DNA from: Balamuthia mandrillaris
Lineage: Eukaryota
NCBI GenBank assembly: GCA_031835245.2
Contig: JAVKOQ020000080.1
Span: 124,001 to 188,000, forward strand
Direction of reading: 5' to 3'
DNA: 64,000 bases
In this document: one piece after another, positions 25,137 to 40,708 of the stretch
Layout: the number at the start of each line of letters is the position of its first letter
Position numbering within the stretch: the stretch's first letter is position 1
Notes under the pieces: model-generated
Database searches by the model: none
What the model was told of the DNA's origin: nothing
What the model saw: the letters and a program-made list of their open reading frames with translations, nothing else
Translations under genes and position numbers: made by a program

Positions 25137-27718
25137 CCTACAGCAGCACAGGCCCCTAAGATCTTCTTTCAAAACTAAAGACTAACATTTATGTTATGAA
25201 ACAGAAAATGGGTGGAAAGGATGGAAGACGATGATCCTCTCATTATCTTTGAAGAGATCGACGGTTTCTATTGTTTCCGCTTTTCCACGGAGGTTGCTGC
25301 AGCCTCGGTCCTTCGTTTTACTGACTTGGTGGTGGTATGCCCTGACAAAAGAGCGTTCCATTTTGATAGCAGTCAGCCGCAGCTTGTGTTTGAATGGAGC
25401 GATGTTACCATTCGAGACTCGGGTGCTGCCCTTTATATTAGGTCCACCCACGCACAAAAAACATGGGAGGTTTCCACCTCTGGGCTTCTTGTTCAGAATG
25501 TCAGTTGCGATACTTTTGGCACCGGTAAGTTGCAATAACTAAAAACCATGGCAGTAAAACTCATTCTCATCGCTCTCTTTGTTATAGCGGTGGCCGTATA
25601 CAACCTGTACTGGACATTTGCAGACCTTACCTTCATAAGCAGCTGTTATGACGGAATTCATGGTTTGTCTGTTTGTCTTGTCTTCCAATCTCCTTTGTCT
25701 TTCTGATCTCCAACTTTTGTTTTCAAACCCGGTCCTGTAGGAGTAATGGATCTAAACGATGCTGAGGCAAAAAGCGACGACGGAAGCCTTCTCTTTAAAG
25801 ATAACCATCCAGACTCAAGTAATGATAGACTCATCATGTTGTATAACTCCAATCTCATAACCGAGCGTGTTCCTGTCCAGTTTGTTGACAATTCAGCGAC
25901 CTATTTGGGTACTGAGAGTTTGTTGTTGTTATTGTTTTGTTTCTTCTTCTTGTTTCTTCTTCTTGTTAGTGTTTCTCCTTCTCCTTCTCCTTCTCCTTCT
26001 CGTATTGTTGATGTTGTTGTTTTATGTTGTTGTTCCACGGTTTGCTTATGGTTGTGCCTCAAGTGCTAGTGATCGGAGACAGCAAGTGGTGGGCTACTGG
26101 CCAAATATCCTTCGTTAATAACACCGGCAGAACCGCGCTGTTTCAGGTGGGTTTAGGCACCCCTAGCCAGAAGGAAGTGTACAGTTTGTATCCACTCCAT
26201 TTGGAAGGGAACCAAGGGCCAACATTCGTCTCAATGGATCCCAATTCGGCTTACATTTGTGCTATACCATGTGAAGGAGATTGTGATTGTAACGACCGCC
26301 CTGTACTTTTCTTTAACATCTCCTCTTCTTCGTCATCCTCTGAAAATCAAACTTTGGTCTTTGCTTCCTCGCAATCCTCTTTCGTGCTTCCGTTGACTCT
26401 CGGTACTCCCTCCCCGTTTGACTTTCAGCTTCCGCTTCACATCGAGCTGTCGAACGGATTGCTATATGATGAACACCTCATTTTCGCCCCTCCTCCTACC
26501 CCACCTCCTACTGGCCCTTTAGCGATGACTTTGAACGTTACGGTAGATATTCTGCAAAACCAAACCGAGGTTCCATTCATCATCACGAGGCTTCCAACGT
26601 TGCAAGAAGAAGGCACCATAACCATTCGAGTGGCGGCTGAGCTATTCAACTCCTCCTCGTATGCTTCTTTCTTCCTTCCCGTCGACTACATGTTGGTGGT
26701 CAAAGTGCAACCTGCTGCACCCTCTTTCGACGTAGCGAACCGAACCTTTCGTTCCAGCCATGCAAGTATAGCAGTCAGCTTTCCGAACGCCAACAAACCG
26801 GACTACACCATCTCTCTCTTCAACGAAAGTCATCCGTTGGCGAATAGCTCTGTCAGCGCGGAGTTTATCTCTTTGATGGAGATCAACGAAGAAGGAGCGG
26901 TGGTGAGCATGGCCTCTCTACAAGAAACCAGCTTCGGACCCGAAGAATTGGGCAACACCACCTTCAATTTGAACAACGCTCTTCCCTTCATCTCTTTCTC
27001 CGCTCTCATCTCCTCTCTCTCCATCAACGACGCAGACAAGAACACGCAGAAGGTGGTGGTGAACTTAACCGAAGCCATAGAGATGAGCGTGGAATTCACG
27101 TTGTTTGCAGAATCACAAGCCATCCTCTTTGCTGGAGTAGAACAAGTCATGGAAGCCAACACCCTGAAATGGAACCTCTTTCTCTCTTCCTGGCCCTTTC
27201 AGCATCGCAACCACTCCTTGCAGCTTTACTTCTTCATCAGCAGCGAGGAAGGACCCGTGATAGAACGATCGGAAGAAACAGACAAGGAGAACGGAGTCTG
27301 GAAGCTACAGCTGAGAACGGACAATATGGAGATCCCAGTGAACGTGTTGCCTTTGGCACTTGTTTCTCAACCTGACGAAACACCACAAGAGGAAACAGTC
27401 ACCGTTAACGCTGAATGGCTTGGAGAAGAACAGATATTAATGATCGAAATGCCATTCTTTGGAGGTTCTTTATTGCTAGATCCAGACATGTCCTTGTTGT
27501 TGGCTTCTGGAGAAGAAGAGAAAGCGGACAGTGAAGACGAGAGTGACGACGCTTTGTGGTGGAAGATCGTGGTGCCAGTTTTGGCGGTGGGAGCGGTGGT
27601 GGTTGTGGTGGCGGTGGCCGTGCTCGGCACAGTGGTGATCATGAGGAGAAGCAAACGAAGAAGAGAAACGGTAATGGGAAGATTGGCGACCTATAACAAT
27701 AGTTCCTCCACCACCTAA
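24745..27718 (+). CDS. Type I membrane surface protein, family copy C
   Basis: Signal exon MLDGNHYFFLLLLLELLLLSQAAARV; exon 2 GFFDAAGSNVDPNCPENDPC...FDEYVLAAGTY; last exon with WWATGQISFVNN, CAIPCEGDCDCND, FAGVEQVMEANTLKW, LLLDPDMSLL and LWWKIVVPV TM. Confidence 0.85.
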
Positions 27719-27905
27719 CCCAACCTCCGTAAACTATAGGAACTCGCTTTAACTATAGTAACAGCGACATTGTAAGAGTATTAAACAATGCAACTCTGCC
27801 ACAGCGTCTCTTCTCTGTTGTGTAATATTAGGTTATAATTAACACTCATTACAAGAGCAGATCTGATAGCATAACTTTAGCCAATTAACAAAAATACCAG
27901 AAAGA

Positions 27906-30768
27906 ATGAATGGCTGTGTGTGGCTCATAGTGTTGGTTTGCGGTGCAGTTCATGTGTCTGCTCTCCCAGGTGAGGTCTGCGGTCTTGCGCTCGCTCGATG
28001 ACGATCGGTAGTTCTGACACACTGAAAAAAAAATAAAAAAAACAAGGTTATTTTGTGCCACAGGCGACCGTACAGAACCTGGACTGTCCTTCACACGAAC
28101 CTTGTGGGGACCTTTTCTCCGAGTTATCGTCAGGCCACTTCGATGAGTATGTGTTGGCCGGTGGCACTTATAATTTTGGCTTCCCTGTCGTCTTCTCGAA
28201 AAGCGTTACTATAAGGTGGCTTCTTTGTCTTTCTTGCTTTTCTTTTTAACTGTTGGTTTAACGTTTATCGTGAAACACAGAAAATGGACGGAGCGAGGAG
28301 CAAACGAGCCAGACCCAGTCCTTGTTGGAGACATCGGCGCCACGAGCGAAGGCTGCTTCAACGTCAGCGATGAGGCTCTCCCCGCTGGCTCCAGCTTCAG
28401 CTTCAACGGCATTGTTGTGGAATGCACCGGAACGGCTTTTCACTTTGTGAGCTATCAGATGATGTCCCTCGACCTGAGCGGCGTCACGATAAGAAACTCT
28501 GACGGGGGGCTTCGAGTTCGTTCCGATGGAACGGAAATGTTGGCACAAGTCACGACCAGAAACGTGATTATACAGAACGTTTCGTGTGAGCTTTTCCATA
28601 ACAAAGGTAAACCAAAGCAAGAATGAGAGAAGAAAGTACACAGAGAACCGACTGACCTTTTGTTTAACAAACAAACACAGCAATGTACTTGAGGAATGTG
28701 AATTGGGAGTTTATGAATGTTAGCTTCATAAACAACTGTGCTGGAAGAGATATGAGTGAGTTGTCTTTTATCAGCTGCTTCTTGGATTGTTCTTCTTTGT
28801 CGTGCCGTTCTCCTCTTGTTTCTTTTGGTTGCATGCGTTGTTTCTAAACTTTATTGTTTGAAGCAATAACAGCAGTGGACTACTCCATTGCAAGGAGTAA
28901 TGGCGGACTGCTCCTATTTCAAGACCACATCCTGGGTCCGGGGCAAGGCAAGTTGTTGAGCATTTATTTTTCTACCTTCACCACGGACCACACGACAGTT
29001 GAGTTTTCAGGAAACTCGGCCCAGACGTCAGGTTTTTATCTGGATGTTTAGTTTAACCCAAACTAATATTGACCTTTTGTCTGTCGTTCTTCTTCGTGCT
29101 TCATTCTTCATTCTTCATTCTTGGTTCTCGTTCTTGTTCTCGTTCTTGTTCTTGTTCTTGTTCTTGTTCTCGTTCTTGTTCTTCTTCTTGTTCTTGTTCT
29201 TCTTCTTCTTCTTCAATATGCCAGTGATAGTGCATGGATCAGCTAAATGGACAGCAACAGGACCGATTTCCTTCCTTCAAAACTCGTTTTCTTCTGGATT
29301 GCTTTCCATTGGCGATACAGCACAAATGAGCAGCTTGATCCCTCTCCATCTACAGGGTAACTCGGGCGATACCTTTGACTCTGCCTCATCTCCACAGGCC
29401 GACGTTTGCGTCATTCCATGCGATGATGACCATTTAAGCATTTGCAAGTGCAATGATCTACCGTTGCTCTCTTTCGGTACTTCTTCACTGGGCGATTTGC
29501 TGTCCGTTTTGGCTTTGCCTGCTTCTCGCCTCTCTTTCTCTCTTCCTGTGCTGAAGATGGAGGGTGCCGAAGCATATCCTTCTCCCGACTTGCAACTCCC
29601 TCTTCGAGTTCATCCACAGGATGGCGCATTTTCTTATGGAGCCGACTATACAGTTTATCCATCTCCTTCTAACACCTCTGACGGTTCTGTTAGAGTGGTT
29701 CTTAACTTACCTCAAGGACAAAACAAAGCTTTGTTCATCATCACGAAGCATCCTTCCTCAAACAAAGAAGGCCTCATCACCATTGAAGTGGATACAGCCA
29801 CTCTTTTGACCTATAACTCTTTTTCCTTCTTCGTATCCACAGACAGAATGCAGCTTCTGATGGAACCTTTTCCACTGGAGCTCCTGATGCCAAACCAAAC
29901 CTTTCAACGTGAAAACAGCACCCTAGGGGTGAGCTTTCCGAACGAGAACAAACCGGATCATACGCTCTCCCAACGAGACCAACACGATCGCTCTGTCACC
30001 GCTCGTTTCGTTGCTCTGGTGGAGGTTGATGCAGAAGGAAGCGTTGTCAAAAACATTTCTTTGCAAGAGATAGAGTTTGTTGCTTCGTCTTCATTGGATA
30101 GCACAAACAACGAACTCGTTGCATGGTCAGCTTTGCTCACTGACCTACCAACGGTAGTGGAAATAGCAGTGGCCTTCACTCTATTCGCGGAGGAGCGCCG
30201 TATCAACTTTGCAGGAGTGGAGCAGGTCATGGCGGCCAACACCCTCAAATGGAGCTTGTTCCTCTCTTCCTGGCCCTTCCAACACCACAACCATTCCTTG
30301 CGCCTTCATCTCTCCCTCATCAGCCAAGATGGACCGATTTTAGAAAGCGTGGAAGGAACAGACGAGAAGAGCGGGTTGTGGAAGTTACTTTTGAAGACAG
30401 AGAACACGGAGATTCCGATAAACGTTTTACCTTTAGCTCTTCTTCTTGCGGGAGAAGATGAAGAAACGACACCGGTGAATGTTGGATGGAATGTAGTGGA
30501 GCAAGTGTTGATTATCGAGTTGCCGTTCTTCGAAGATGCTTCTTTATTGTTGGACCCAGACATGTCTTTACTGGTTACCGATGCCGAGGATGATGGAGAA
30601 GAGGCGGACGATGGGCTGTGGTGGAAGATTATGGTACCCGTAGTGGTGGTGTTGGTGGTGGTGGTGGCTGTGGTTGTGGCTGTGCTTGGCACAGGGATAT
30701 CGAGAAGGAGAAAACAACGAAGAACCGAGAAACTGATGGTACGGATGCGAAGCCAAACCGAAGATTAG
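27906..30768 (+). CDS. Type I membrane surface protein, family copy D
   Basis: Signal exon MNGCVWLIVLVCGAVHVSALP; exon 2 GYFVPQATVQNLDCPSHEPC...FDEYVLAGGTY; last exon with WTATGPISFLQN, FAGVEQVMAANTLKW, LLLDPDMSLL and LWWKIMVPV TM. Confidence 0.85.
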
Positions 30769-31054
30769 AATACATAATCATCAGAGACACAAACCAACAA
30801 TACGGTTCACAGAGTAAACAAACAAGAAAAAGGTGGCGCCTTTTGAGCAGTAATAATTCACCTGTATTAAACTGCTGTACTTCAAAATGTGTTTGGACTC
30901 TGTTTCTTAATGAAATGCATTATGTTATATGCCTTTACCGGTTGAACACTGCTTCATTACCAACATCTTTTATTTCTCTTTTGTGAGAAAAACAAAAATA
31001 TAAAAGAGCACACACAGCGGCTACCACTCCTGCCATTTGAAGAAGCTGCAAGAG

Positions 31055-31541
31055 ATGAAGTTGACCGTTTCAGGCTCTGTGGTGTTGCTGGCATTGTGTT
31101 CTCTGGCTTCAGCACAAACTGGTCCGTGTTTTTTTTGAGTCCACTCTTGTTTTGTTTTGTTTTGTTTTTGCTTTCTTGCCCCTTGTGTCTTTCTCGTACT
31201 TTTTTCTCTTTTCTTTTTTCTTCCTTCTTTTTTATTTTTTAATGTTCTGTTGTTTTGATATATGTGTTATGTATGTTTCAAATAATTGACACAAAACAGG
31301 TTACTTTGAGATGGGTGGGACAGGCAGTTCTTGCACAGAAAGCAAACCTTGCGCCGATCCTTTCCCCTTCTTGCCTTCCAATGCTTTTGGAGAATATGTA
31401 TTAGCCGCCGGGCTGTATACTTTCAATTCCACCATGTTTCCCAACGGAAACTTCACCATCAGGTTCGCTGTCCTCTTGTTTTTTCGTCTTATCTCTCAGT
31501 TTGATTGTGCCCTCTTGCTCTCTCTCCTTCTCTATCTGTAT

Positions 31542-31591
<50 letters not shown>

Positions 31592-31814
31592 TTGTTCCCC
31601 GCAGTTGGTCTTCCCTGCCTCGCAACAGACTCATTCTTTCTTTAACCACCGATCCACCAACTCCCTCCTCCCTTGTTCTTCCGCTGGTCTTCGACTTGTT
31701 AGGCGGTTTGCCACTTTGATGGAAGTTGACGAAGAAGGAAAGGTGGTGAGGACGGTGTCCTTGCAAGACACGGCATTCGTGACGGATATTTTCACTCGCA
31801 AACCAAGAGAGTGA
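31055..31814 (+). pseudogene. Internally deleted or truncated family copy E
   Basis: Signal exon MKLTVSGSVVLLALCSLASAQTG and exon 2 GYFEMGGTGSSCTESKPCADPF are followed directly by a late fragment RFATLMEVDEEGKVVRTVSLQDTAFV and a stop. No DPD motif or TM helix. Confidence 0.7.
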
Positions 31815-31947
31815 GAGGATGTCAAACTTCCGCTAGCAAGTACCAATCGAGATCGACAACAAATGACCGTTTATGACTTCCTACCAGCATACGATCGAGC
31901 GCAACCAGGCAACATCCTCGTTTCCCCGAACTTGTTTTTTATTTCTT

Positions 31948-32078
31948 TCAAAGGTGTTGTTGGACAAGTATGCAAAAGGATCGGCACAACGTTCCTTTTG
32001 CATGTAACTGGGAGTCATTCCAGCTGCTCCAGTTTTGAAGTAACCTGTCTTACCACAAGGTAGGGATTTAGTTGCACA
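31948..32078 (-). repeat. Orphan duplicate of exon 2 of copy F
   Basis: Encodes GYFKTGAAGMTPSYMQKERCADPFAYLSNNTF; closely similar in nucleotide sequence to 34676..34809, including the upstream acceptor region. Confidence 0.8.
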
Positions 32079-32160
32079 GATTGCTGTGTAGGTATAATTG
32101 CTCTTTTCATTGGAGGACAATCTGATATGCAAGAAAAAAAAGGAGAAAAGGGTTATTTTA

Positions 32161-34927
32161 TTAAAAATTCGCTTCACAAGAACCAGATTTCAACTTGTTG
32201 GCCACTCTCACCCTTCTCTGCTTGCTCCTTCTCTTCAACATGGTGACACCCACCACCGCAATCACAACCACCACCGCCACCACCAACACCACCACCACTG
32301 GCACCACGATCTTCCACCACAGTCCGTCATTCTCATCCTTCTCCTTTCCTTCTTCTTCTGCTTCTCCCACCAACAATGACATGTCAGGGTCCAACAACAT
32401 TGAGTGCTCGAACCATGGCAACTGCACCACCATCTCTTGCTCCACTCCCCTCCATTCTGCCCCCACCTCCGCTCTTTTTCCTTGTGATAGAGCCAGGGGT
32501 AAGACGTTGAAAGGAATCTCTGTGTTCTCCGTCCTCAACACAAAGGAAAACACTCCATTCTCCTCCACTTCTTCCACACCCTCAGCGATGGGGCCATCCT
32601 GGCTGCTGAGGGAGAGGTGAAGCTGCAAGGAATGGTTGCGATGTTGGAAGGGCCAGGAAGAGAGGAACAAGCTCCACTTGAGGGTATTGGCCGCCATGAC
32701 CTGCTCCACGTCTGCAAACTCTATTTCTTGTTCTTCTGCAAACATGGTGAAGTTCATCTCCATCTTCATGCTCTCCGTCAAATTCACCTTCTTTCCTGTT
32801 CCAACTGAGGTGAAGGAGGCGATGTCGGCGGAGAAGGAGATGAAGGGAAGGGCGTGGTTGAGATTGAAGCTGGTGTTGCCCAGCTCTTCCATCACGAAAT
32901 CTGTGTCTTGCAAGGACACCATGCTCACCGTCTCTCCATCTTGATCCACCTCCATCAAAGTGGCAAACAGAGCGGTGATAGAGTAATTGGCCAGGGGGTG
33001 GTTGTCTTGCGGGTCATGGAGGGCAAGGGTGTGATCCGGTTTGTTGTTGTTCGGAAAGCTGACCGATATCTCGCTTTGTTCAGGTTGGTAGACGGTGCGG
33101 TTGGTCAGAGGAATGAAAGGAGCCATTGTTAATTGCAGGTGGTCAGAGGAGAGGAAGAAGTTGAATGTGGAACCCAAGAGAGTAGATGCAGGGAAGAATG
33201 CGATTGTAGCTGGTTGGCTCAACGCAAGCGTCTTCGTGATGGCCAGCTCCGCATGCGAACTGTTTTGTGAGATCTCCAATGTAACGTTCAAAGTGGATGC
33301 GGTAGTGGTAGAAGGCAACGGCTGAATGGTAAATTGTTGTGGGTACAACAAACCATCAGACAGTTCCAATAAAAGAGGAACATGAAAGCCGAAAGGTGCA
33401 GGTGGATTTATGATGAGAGGAAAGACAAGCGTGCCTTCAGAAGTAGTCAAGTCCAACAGTTGGGATGAAACGTTCCAAGAAACTAGAGGCAGGTGGTTAC
33501 AGTCACATTCGCTACTGTTACATGGAATAGCGCAAAAATAGGTGCTTTCCTCGAGGTCGAATGGCGCGTCAGGGTTGAACAAGACATTATCCAACATCTG
33601 GAGAGGCAATAGACTTTGGAATCCGGAGCCAGACGCCGTCTGAATCAGGCTGCCCGCCGAGTTTGTCTGAAAAAGTATCTGCCCAGTGCTTAGCCATTCA
33701 GAGCCAGACAGCAAAACTACAAAACAGAGAGAGAAAAAAATTGGTAAAAGAAAATCAGCCCCAAAAGAACAAGAGAAATACCGAGGCTGCCTATCGAGGC
33801 TGTATTATCGAAAAAGGAGACCTGAGTGCGATCCAAAACAAATGTCGAACCGCCGATGTCAAGCACTGCGCCATCGGAGCTCCCACGATTGTTACTGAAG
33901 ACAAGGGAGCCCCCCGAAGAAATAGCCTCAGTTCCTGCAACAGAAGCGACGCTCACTTTTGTATCCGAAAACAGGGGAATGAGAAGACAGCCTGGCATAA
34001 AAGTTTAAAAAAGAGAGAATAAGGTACCATAATCGCCACCAAGGCAATTGTTTAGCAAGGTAACGTCTGTGAAAGTCCAGTTTGAATATAATACTGCCAA
34101 TGCTTGGGGGGAAAGAGCGGTTTAAATGAGACGGAACGAAGCAGAAGAAATGGTTTGAAAGTGGAGAAGGTGCTACGTACGTTCGCCAGATTGACAAGAA
34201 ATATTGCTGATGATGAGATTGTTCGTTTCCAATATATGATTCCATACAATAACACCTCCTCCAGAGTTGCGGATTGTCACGTTGTGCAGTTCTAAATGGG
34301 CTTGGCCATCCCCGCCATCGAACATGTCGATGGCATAACCGTTACTGCATTGCATAATAATGTCTTGGAAACTCCAGGTGACTGCCCCTGTTAACGGCTG
34401 TTGCATGTCAAGATAGAACAACTTGGAACCAAAGCTTGTGAGGACCACCGGCTCGTTTTCATCTCTTTCCCTCCATTTTCTTTTTGAGTTGATGCTCAGA
34501 GCATGAATATTCGAGAAGAGAGAATAAAAGGAGAAGAAGAAGAACAAGAAGAACAAGAAGAACAAGAAGAACAACAACAACAACTGCCAAGGAGAAAAAC
34601 GACCTTAGAGTGAAGGGTTTCGTGAGTACAACTGCCGAGTCCACGGTGTAGTCTCCTGAGGCCAACACGTACTCGTCAAAGGTGTTGTTGGACAAGTATG
34701 CAAAAGGGTCGGCACAAGGTTCGCTTTGCGTGCAACTGGGATTTATTCCAGCTGCTCCAGTTTCGAAGTAACCTGCAGGTTTTAAGAACAGGAGGGGGTT
34801 AGTTGCACAAACCAAACAAAGGTCAAAAAAGAATATATAGTGACAAATTCATACCAGTTTTAGCAGAGGCAACAGAAACCAGCAAGACTAAAAACAAAAC
34901 GGAGGTCAAGGTAGTTGCTGCCTTCAT
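32161..34927 (-). CDS. Type I membrane surface protein, family copy F
   Basis: Signal exon MKAATTLTSVLFLVLLVSVASAKTG (ATG 34927); exon 2 GYFETGAAGINPSCTQSEPCADPF; last exon with WLSTGQILFQTN, CAIPCNSSECDCN, EQVMAANTLKW, MLLDPDMSLL and LWWKIVVPV TM. Confidence 0.85.
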
Positions 34928-35176
34928 CTTCAAACGTTAGTAACACCAAACAAGTTACAACGGCCCTCCAGAAAATAAATGACGAATAAAGCGGTGGTAT
35001 TTAATTCATCGGCTTCCGCTTATCTTTTTGTTCCTAGGGCAAAACCGGTGCAATCACTCAAATGAAGGGAGCAAGCTGTTACTTTTACGGTTTCGCATTA
35101 TGAGCAAGGCATTATACTCCACTTAAAAAAAAATATTAGATTAAATAAAAATGTTATCAGCTGGGTTTTAAGCGCC

Positions 35177-37200
<2,024 letters not shown>

Positions 37201-37512
37201 TTTCCTTTCTTTCTTTTTTGCTGCTATAATAATTGTTTTATTTATTCAAAAATGTATAATATTTGAATGGAAGGTGGAGGGCCGTCATCGAGCAGGCCTA
37301 CCATTGCAGCCAGGCGCTCTTCTCCCTCGTCTCTTTGGCCAGCAGACACCACAACGGAGGAGCTATTTCTGACCTTTTAAAGGGCGAAAGGTTTTCGTTG
37401 TCTTTCTTTCCTTTTCCTTTCTTTTCGGACAACGAAAGCAAGGGATACTTTTCCATTCAAAAACAAAACTTGAAATGTACACTGATAATAGCCCACTTGG
37501 TTCTCTTTCCTT

Positions 37513-38263
37513 TCAGTTTAGCAAAAAGTCAAGAGTCATGCATTTCGGCCGGGCGGCAGTAGTTAAGGCGGCAGTGGTTGAAGACTTCGTTGTCATTGTG
37601 CAGCTCCGTTTTGAAGAGGCCGGGTCGTCGCTAGCTTCGTTCTCATCTTCTTCCTCATCTTCCCTTTCGGCTTCTGTAGCGGTTTGGGAGAAAGAAGTAG
37701 CGGTAACAGTAGAAGTAGAGCAAGAAACTGGTGGCGATGGAACAGCGTGGAATCCACTTTCGAGGGGAACGCACAGGTGCCATTTTCTCTCTCGCTTTCT
37801 CTTCCGCTTTCGTTTGCTGCTTTTCATGGTAGTTTCTCCTTGCTCTTGTTCTGTGCCGCTGCTTTCCGTTTGTTCTCCAGAAAGACTATCTTTCTCTTCT
37901 GCTGGAAGCACCACTTGCAACGTTTTGTTAGCCCAACAATGTTCCTCTTCCTCGTTGGTTTCTTTTTCCTGCTTCCATGGTTTTATTGTAAAAGTGGAGC
38001 TCAACTGACAACATGTTAGTACCTTCTTTGAACGAGTGAAAGCAACAAGGCAAAGAAGTAGCATAAGCAAAAACTTACTCTCTCTAGACGGGCTTTCTCA
38101 TCGTTCAGGGCGCAAAAGACAACAAGATTGTGTTGTAAGCTGTGTCCTTCAGCAACACTCAATGTCTTGGTTTGGGCCAGCCGCAGCATCGCCATCATGT
38201 CTTCTGTTAGCATTTGAATCTTTAATATATAGAAAAAGCAAGTGAACGGATAAGAACGTGTCG

Positions 38264-38320
<57 letters not shown>

Positions 38321-38460
38321 AAGAGAGAGAAAGAGAAGAAGAGAGAAATTGAAAAGCACGTGAGAGAAACTAAACCCTAGCAGTTATGTTCCCAAGCGCA
38401 ACACTGTGTTTATTCATCTCAGCCAGCCCTTGTGCTACCACTCGTTGACTGCTTGTTGCT
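37513..38460 (-). CDS. Hypothetical nuclear protein (3' exons; start not resolved)
   Basis: Spliceable exons with a basic KRKRKRKRERK stretch, an acidic/Ser-Thr low-complexity region and terminal MTLDFLLN*. Confidence 0.4.
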
Positions 38461-39462
38461 CGGAGTTTGTTTTTTAGAAAAAAATAAGAAATGTAGAATG
38501 GAACAAAAGCATATAAAGCATGAATTAAAGCAGGTGCATTCATCTTGTCGTACCGTCACCGCCCTCACATGGCGATAGCAGTGAAAACCGGAGAAAGAAA
38601 ATCATACAATCGGAAAATGTATAATTCTCCTCGTTTGACTGTTTTTAAAGAAAAAAATATGGTGTTGTAACAGGGAGAGGAGCAACGAGAAAGGAAAATG
38701 AATGTTAAAAAGGGAACAACCGAGTTGGTTCCGTTGCAAAAACAGAAAAGAAAAACCGCGAAAGGAAAAGAACCCGTTTTTTCTTACTTTCACGAGTTTT
38801 CCTACCGATTCCTCTCGGAGTTTCCGCACGAGGAAAGGGATCACGCTGAGTATCACCTAAAATAGAGGCTCATCCAGAACAGGCTCAACACCCAAAGAAG
38901 GAATACAAAAGTCTGATGGATCCGTACAAAGTTGTCATTTCCGGGGCAACTCCTTATACCACCGCAACTGCACTATCCGTGTGGCTTCCATTTTTTCCTG
39001 TTATTTTCTGTTTTGCTTTTTTCCCCTTTCAGTAAGGATCAGGAATGGCAAGCCCCCAAAAAAATGGCAACCGGGGGGATTGAGAGTTGCCCCAAGCCTT
39101 ATCCTAAAAACACAGCGAAACATCAGCACCGATGTCAAGCATTCTTTTACTGTTTACTGCACCGATGTCACGCTTTTTCAGCAATTGACACTCTGTTTAT
39201 CTTTGCTTTGGCTCCTTCGGGAAAATGAGAGACGTGAACTCGCATGAAGGAGAGGAAAGGAGGGCTGTTAGCATCAGCATAACAAGCTCATGGAGAACTT
39301 GTGCGAGGAGAATGCAACTAGCCTTTGTAAACTTCTTTTAAAGAAAAAAAAATTTGTTTCTTACATTCGCAAATAAAATAAGCATAATTAATAGGTACAT
39401 AAAGTTGAGTGGTTTGTTTGCTGTACATTAGAAGGTGAGAAGAACAGGTGGAGCACCACCAC

Positions 39463-40677
39463 TTACTTGTTCTTTGGATGAAAGTGGATATGCACCATGT
39501 TGTTGACTCGAGTCATTTGGTTGTGAAGGCTCTGATAGATGAGGTTGGTGAACTTGGCGGCAGCTTGCGTCTCCGTCAGCTCCAACGAGAGAGCATCGCG
39601 CAAGTAATATAGATCCTCAAAGTCGTGCAACTGCTCAATGCCGCTGCTTAGCATCATGACAAAGAGAGTGATGAAGAGGTGGCCATGCTTGCGGAGGATG
39701 TTGTAGGCCTTGCAGCAGTGATGCACGAACTGTTTGAAGTTAGCGCTGCCCTCGCCGCCCATCGCCTCCGCAAACTCTGGCGTCAGAACAAAGGGAGTGG
39801 TCTCACGAGGAATGCCGACAAAGGTTACCCGCTTTCCCAAAAAGTACCCAAAGTCGATGTGGAACATGTTGCCAGAGTAGGAGCACATGATGTTGTCGTT
39901 GTGCCGATCACCGATGCCCAAGATGTAGGTGGCCACGCAGTAGCCGGCACAGCTGAGGGTGAAGTTCTTGATTGCGTCCTCATGCGCCTTCTCCGTTGGA
40001 TTACAGTCCCGCAGCCAGTCCCTTATTGCAGTGGTAGAGAAGGCGGAGACAGCACCACCGCCACCATAAGTCTGCTGAATAGCAGCCGTGGTTTGAGAGT
40101 TGGCGATGACTTCAATGATGCCCACCTCTTTGCCAGTACATACGGCGCGGTAGGGTTGCATGTGTAGGTCCAGGCCTTCGCTCTTCCAGAGGCCATCCAT
40201 TATCCTCATCATTTGAAGCACCAATATGTCCGTTCGCAGGTCGTCTCCTGCCTTAAATATGATTTGCGTGAGGGAGCGCTCTGCATTCTCAAACACAAGC
40301 CAAAGCGGTTGTGTCATCGAGTCCATCACGCGACACTTGTCCAGGATCAAGTTGATGGCCTCAAACTTTGGGTTGTTAGGCAGTTGGAAGGAGGAGGGAA
40401 GGTCCAGCTTTCGAAGGTACTGCCTGAGGGCTCGCTGCTTCTCTTCTTTGTTGTAGGGTCCTTCTTTGATGGACTTGGCGACGTTGGCCACCGACTCCAC
40501 TATTTTGAGCTGGTTAGCAAATTCTTGGATGACCTCGTCGTCTCCCCATCCTTGAAGCAAGCCTTCCAGCATAAGCTTGAATCGTACAGCTATATCTGCA
40601 AGATGTATCTCCGACTGCATTTATCGATACATGTAATTTAGAACAACGAGAGCGAGAGAGAGCAAAAGAGAGAGAAC

Positions 40678-40708
<31 letters not shown>

